A program made the position numbers and the translations under genes. The notes under the pieces were generated by a model. The model did no database searches, was not told the DNA's origin, and saw only the letters and a list, made by a program, of their open reading frames with translations. A DNA stretch of 64,000 nucleotides from Bacteroidota bacterium (GTDB lineage Bacteria; Bacteroidota; Ignavibacteria; Kapaibacteriales; DASPKH01): positions 24,099-88,098 of the forward strand of contig JAZKFS010000001.1 in NCBI GenBank assembly GCA_040386315.1. The letters run 5' to 3'. Positions within the stretch are counted from its first letter, which is position 1. Each line of letters starts with the position of its first letter. Positions 60,548 to 64,000 of this stretch are shown here, one piece after another.

Positions 60548-60692
60548 TGACGGAGAAAATCTGAGTGAGTAAGCTGCTCTACCAACTGAGCTACATCCCC
60601 ATTTTTAAAAACTTAAATCAGAGGAGATGGCGGGACTCGAACCCGCGACAGGCCGCGTGATAAGCGAAGTAACCCACTCGTCGCTACCGTCA
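60548..60692 (-). ncRNA. Y-RNA-like (tRNA-mimic) unit E
   Basis: The T-arm is GCGGGTTCGAGTCCCGC. The 3' acceptor strand CATCTCC pairs (with one G.U) with the downstream GGGGATG, which is followed by TA-GCTCAGTTGGTAGAGC. The unit ends are TGACGG/CCGTCA. Confidence 0.45.
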
Positions 60693-60703
60693 AAAAAATA
60701 CGT

Positions 60704-60833
60704 GATGGAGAAAGTTTACAGGAGTTGTTAGGCGAAACGCTCTAACCTTTGAGCTATATTCCGTTAGCTGGAACAGCCGGACTTGAACCGGCAACGTTTT
60801 CGTACGAAGTAACTCGCCGTATCACTACCATCA
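60704..60833 (-). ncRNA. Y-RNA-like (tRNA-mimic) unit F
   Basis: The T-arm is GCCGGTTCAAGTCCGGC. The 3' acceptor strand TGTTCC pairs with GGAATA, which is followed by TA-GCTCAAAGGTTAGAGC. The unit ends are GTGATGG/CCATCAC. Confidence 0.45.
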
Positions 60834-61252
60834 CATTTTCCAAAGAACATTTTTAAAAGCAAAAAACCCACCTTCGCGAATCTTGCAAAGGTGGGTTTTC
60901 AAAAAGATGAAACCGCTCTATATGTATTGCTACACTACCTCTGCTTTAGACAAAACCCTTCCTGACTGCCAAGCATATGCTTGCGGTCTATCACGGGATT
61001 ATATGTTGCTAAAGTGAGGCGCATTGTTTTTAAAAGTAATTATCGTCGTGTTTGTAAAATTGAGTTGCAAACCTACAAAGGTTTTTTACAAAGTCAAATT
61101 AATTTTTTGTCATAATGCAAATAATTATAAGACTTCACATCGGTAAGTTTTACATTGTGATGCTAAAGAAGTATTTAAATTTGATATTTCTCTGGTCTAA
61201 TACAGGTCTACTGGTTCAAGAAATCCCTTAAATTTACCAGATTTCACCACAT

Positions 61253-61303
61253 ACCTTACTCCTACGAATCAGAAGGTTGTAAGTTCGAACTCGCCGGGTG
61301 CAC
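61253..61303 (+). mobile_element. Second direct repeat of the tRNA-Arg 3' half (att core with a 1-nt deletion) with upstream arm-type repeats
   Basis: ctacgaatcagaaggttgtaagttcgaa-ctcgccgggtgcac. It has the same 10-nt upstream context (taccttactc) as the 48.2-kb copy. TGGTCTAAT / AGGTCTACT repeats lie at 61190-61215. A terminator hairpin follows. Confidence 0.7.
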
Positions 61304-61376
61304 ATAAGAAAAGCCGATCAGATAAATTTCTGACCGGCTTTCCTGTTTTTTAGACTTCTCTTTAAAAAAGCTCAAT

Positions 61377-61913
61377 CTACTTCGTCACCAGCGGCAAATT
61401 TGATGTATGCTCGGCTACCAGTTGCCAGACACCGTTATTCCGTATCCACGTTTGGGTGAATCTTGTACTGGATTTGCTAGAACCGCTTTCGGCTGTCATT
61501 GTTAGATTTGCTTTTCCCGTAATAACTGCAGCGTCAGCATACGTGTGAACTTTCACATCCTGCGTTTCAATCGCTCCAATATGGAACATCGGATTCGTCA
61601 GCGATGCGATATTATCCTGCTTTGTCAGCATCGTCCCGTCAAATCCGGTAAAGAAGTGTTCATCCGCAGCAAGGCGGTTCAACGCCTCTGCATCCTGCTG
61701 GGTAATTGCCGTCGTCCATTCGTTTAAAAGATTCTTGATCTCCTGCTCCTGCTGCGAAGCATTTTGCGAACTTCCTTCTGAGGTAGTATTATACGTTTTC
61801 TGTTCGCAGGAAGTAAGCAGTAAGACCATCACACAGAAAAATGCGGAAAGAATTTTCATTACAATAGATATAATTGGTTTAACAAGATCGTCTCGTGTAG
61901 AATAACAAAGCAA
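61377..61913 (-). CDS. Lipoprotein with a SnoaL/NTF2-like (DUF4440-type) fold
   Basis: The probable start is MKILSAFFCVMVLLLTSCEQ, which has a lipobox. Its length and hydrophobic pattern fit ketosteroid-isomerase-like proteins. This call is weak. Confidence 0.4.
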   Translation of the reverse strand: MLCYSTRDDLVKPIISIVMKILSAFFCVMVLLLTSCEQKTYNTTSEGSSQNASQQEQEIKNLLNEWTTAITQQDAEALNRLAADEHFFTGFDGTMLTKQDNIASLTNPMFHIGAIETQDVKVHTYADAAVITGKANLTMTAESGSSKSSTRFTQTWIRNNGVWQLVAEHTSNLPLVTK

Positions 61914-62094
61914 ATGTTAATTTTGTGCTGGTTTTTAAAAGAAAATTTTAAAAACTATTATTTTAAAACAATTACCTTCCCATTTGTTTTTATATCTCGT
62001 AGCCGTACATTTTTATATGAAACCCTAAAAAAAGTAATTCCACGTGTTTTTAAAACATGGAATTACTCATTTTTCTAAAACAATTTACAACTTT

Positions 62095-62808
62095 TTAAAA
62101 ATTCATCGGAACATCAATCACCAAAACTTCAGAATCTTTTAAAAACTTCATTTCAACATTTTTAAAATCCTCAATTCCAATCGCGTCACGTTCTTTTAAA
62201 ACATTTTCGTCAATTTCCGCTTCACCTTTTAAAAGAAAAATAAACGCGCCATTTCCTTCCTTTTTAAAAGAATATTCCGCCGTTTTTCCTTCATCAAAAT
62301 TCCCCATCGAAAACCACGTATCCTGGTTTATCCAAACTGCATCGCTCTCTTTTTGGGGCGAAACAACCGTTTTAAAACTATTTTTAAAACCATCTTTTTC
62401 AAAGCTTTTCTGCTCGTAGCGCGGCTGAATATCCTTTTCTTTCGGGTAAATCCAGATTTGCAGAAAATGCACTTCCTCTTCAGGCGAATAATTATATTCC
62501 GAATGCGTGATACCGCTTCCAGCTGACATGATCTGCACATCGCCCGTTTTAATTTCCTTCGCCACTCCGGTTGAATCCTTGTGCGCCAGCGTTCCTTTAA
62601 GCGGAATGGAAACAATTTCCATATTCTCGTGCGGATGCGCGCCAAAACCCTTTCCCGGTGCAACAATATCGTCATTCAGCACGCGCATCAGGCCAAAATT
62701 CATCCTGTTCCTATCCTGATAACCCGCAAAGCTAAACGTGTGGCGCGATTTCAGCCAGCCGTGATCTGCATTTCCCCGTGATTCACTTGTAAAAATTGTC
62801 GTTTTCAT
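62095..62808 (-). CDS. Pirin-family (bicupin) protein
   Basis: GFGAHPHENMEIVSIPLKG and SAGSGITHSEYN match the pirin HPHxG and cupin His motifs. Confidence 0.85.
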   Translation of the reverse strand: MKTTIFTSESRGNADHGWLKSRHTFSFAGYQDRNRMNFGLMRVLNDDIVAPGKGFGAHPHENMEIVSIPLKGTLAHKDSTGVAKEIKTGDVQIMSAGSGITHSEYNYSPEEEVHFLQIWIYPKEKDIQPRYEQKSFEKDGFKNSFKTVVSPQKESDAVWINQDTWFSMGNFDEGKTAEYSFKKEGNGAFIFLLKGEAEIDENVLKERDAIGIEDFKNVEMKFLKDSEVLVIDVPMNF

Positions 62809-62907
62809 TTCAAACCTTTTTTTAAAGAATAATTTTTTGCCCCTCGAATGTATTGAGAGCTTATACAGACATTAACGATTAAAAATAAAGTTGCGTGTTT
62901 AAACACA

Positions 62908-64000
62908 CTAATTCTCATTCAGAAAGTATGTCTGCATAATTCCTTTGCCCTTAATGTCAATTGGCTCTCTTTTTTCAAAAGAAAAATTACCATTTAACCT
63001 TTTAAAAACTTCTTCGCTTACATGAATTCTGTCAGTTTCACCGGTGGCTTCCATGCGGGCGGCTGTATTGACAGTATCGCCCCACAGGTCGTACGCATAT
63101 TTTTTCATGCCGATCACGCCGCCGATCGCTTCGCCGCAATGCAGGCCGATCCGAACCCGGATTTCGCCAATCGTCGTCATCCAGGTTCGGTCGCCTTCAA
63201 TCTCCTTGGGAATTTTGACCACAAGGTTTTTTAAAACTTTTAAAAGCTCGACAGCTGTTCGTGCTGCTTTTTGCACATGCTGTTCGTCATATTCAGGAAT
63301 TCCGGATGCCGCCATATACGCATCGCCTATTGTCTTGATCTTTTCAAGGCCAAATTTGTCAATAACGCTGTCACAGGCATCGAAAATCGAATTTAAAAGA
63401 TAGAGCAGCTGACGGGAAGAAACGATAGCCGATAAGTGGGTAAAATTAACAATATCGAGGAAAAGCACGCTGATATCAGGATAATAATCCGCAAGCGGAG
63501 ACTCACCGTCACGAAGCCGGTCAACAACCGAACTTGGAAAAATATTATTTAAAATCGTGTATGTGGCTTTCTGCTCGCGCCGCTCTATTTCACGCTCTTT
63601 TTCAATTTCAGCAAATTTCTTTTGAGCTTCAAGATCAGCCATTTTCTTGGCAACTTCCTCACTGAAGACTTCCTTTTCAAGCTCATGAAATTTCGTAAAA
63701 TACTCCGCATAGCTCTGCCAGTCTTCAATTTCTTTATACAATTGTGCAAGCGATTCATACAATTTCACTTTAATATCTCGCTCACCTGTTTCCTCGTTTA
63801 AACCAAGCGCCCTCTTTAAAAAGTCAGTGGCTTTTAAAACATCATACTCTGCAAAATTTTTGTTGCCATAGAGCATGCCGATGTTTTGCAACGCCTGCAT
63901 TACGCCATTTTTATCACCAATTTTTTCCTTTATTTCCAGCGATCTTTTAAAGCACTGAAGCGCTTTTAAAAAGTCCCCCATTTCGACATAGATCGGGCCA
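62908..64000 (-). CDS. TPR-repeat class III adenylate/guanylate cyclase (N-terminus beyond the window end)
   Basis: The catalytic domain has ILFLDIVNFTHLS, KTIGDAYMAASGIP and GLHCGEAIGGVIG. The N-terminal part present in the window is TPR-like. The ORF is open to position 64000. Confidence 0.8.
   Translation of the reverse strand, partial: GPIYVEMGDFLKALQCFKRSLEIKEKIGDKNGVMQALQNIGMLYGNKNFAEYDVLKATDFLKRALGLNEETGERDIKVKLYESLAQLYKEIEDWQSYAEYFTKFHELEKEVFSEEVAKKMADLEAQKKFAEIEKEREIERREQKATYTILNNIFPSSVVDRLRDGESPLADYYPDISVLFLDIVNFTHLSAIVSSRQLLYLLNSIFDACDSVIDKFGLEKIKTIGDAYMAASGIPEYDEQHVQKAARTAVELLKVLKNLVVKIPKEIEGDRTWMTTIGEIRVRIGLHCGEAIGGVIGMKKYAYDLWGDTVNTAARMEATGETDRIHVSEEVFKRLNGNFSFEKREPIDIKGKGIMQTYFLNEN

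Noticed and set aside
60030-60850. Reading the region as an array of fragmented tRNA genes, tRNA pseudogenes, or intron-containing tRNAs
   Set aside because: The D-arm and T-arm modules are in the wrong order for tRNA genes. The body between D and T modules of neighbouring units is about 80 nt with no anticodon arm. Acceptor complementarity links the T-module to the D-module that follows it, not to the one that precedes it. The adjacency to an Ro60/Rsr gene makes Y-RNA-like tRNA mimics the better explanation.
60030-60850. CRISPR array
   Set aside because: The units are 75-145 nt, not short identical repeats with unique spacers. There are no cas genes, and the internal structure is tRNA-like.
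58437-61031. Sigma-54 (RtcR-type) promoter in the repeated 25-mer GCGCATTGTTTTTAAAAGTAATT
   Set aside because: The GG / GC spacing does not fit the TGGCAC-N5-TTGC consensus. The 25-mer is kept only as a conserved element of unknown function.

Overview
This 64-kb window looks like it comes from a moderately AT-rich FCB-group (Bacteroidetes/Ignavibacteria-like) bacterium. Two observations support that: one secreted protein carries a T9SS C-terminal sorting domain, and most genes lack a Shine-Dalgarno sequence. The backbone (1-24.4 kb) carries housekeeping genes: recJ (5' partial), a PD-(D/E)xK nuclease + SF1 helicase (Dna2-like), yebC, ruvC, an MmeI-family Type IIL restriction-modification enzyme, the ispH-cmk-HAD operon, tRNA-Leu(TAA), mgtE, rpsT and tRNA-Arg(ACG). 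A family of roughly 90-150 bp palindromic MITE-like elements is scattered through this backbone. Immediately downstream of tRNA-Arg lies a roughly 24-kb insertion (24.4-48.2 kb). It ends in a 43-nt direct repeat of the tRNA 3' half flanked by arm-type repeats, with a second such repeat at 61.3 kb, and no integrase is visible. This insertion encodes a PUFA-synthase-like (pfa-type) polyketide/secondary-lipid cluster: a PPTase; a KS-AT-ACPx3 protein; a separate KR-DH protein; a KS-KS'-AT-DH-DH protein with a fused C-terminal acyltransferase domain; a PfaD-type enoyl reductase; a degenerate KR-DH paralog; a DH fragment pseudogene; and a TPR-LuxR regulator. The host genome is saturated with the palindromic octamer TTTTAAAA (roughly one per 300 bp), and the pfa insertion almost completely lacks it. 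The second segment (48.3-61.3 kb) carries a secreted BNR/sortilin-like protein and then a contiguous minus-strand RNA-repair supercluster: hen1, pnkp, an RtcB-family ligase, an unknown 314-aa protein and an Ro60/Rsr (TROVE+vWA) protein. Directly upstream of rsr is a tandem array of six roughly 75-145 nt repeat units that contain canonical tRNA D-arm and T-arm modules in permuted order, with compensatory acceptor-stem changes between copies. I read these as Y-RNA-like (YrlA-type, tRNA-mimicking) ncRNAs. The window ends with a pirin gene, a DUF4440-like lipoprotein gene and a 5'-partial TPR-adenylate cyclase gene.
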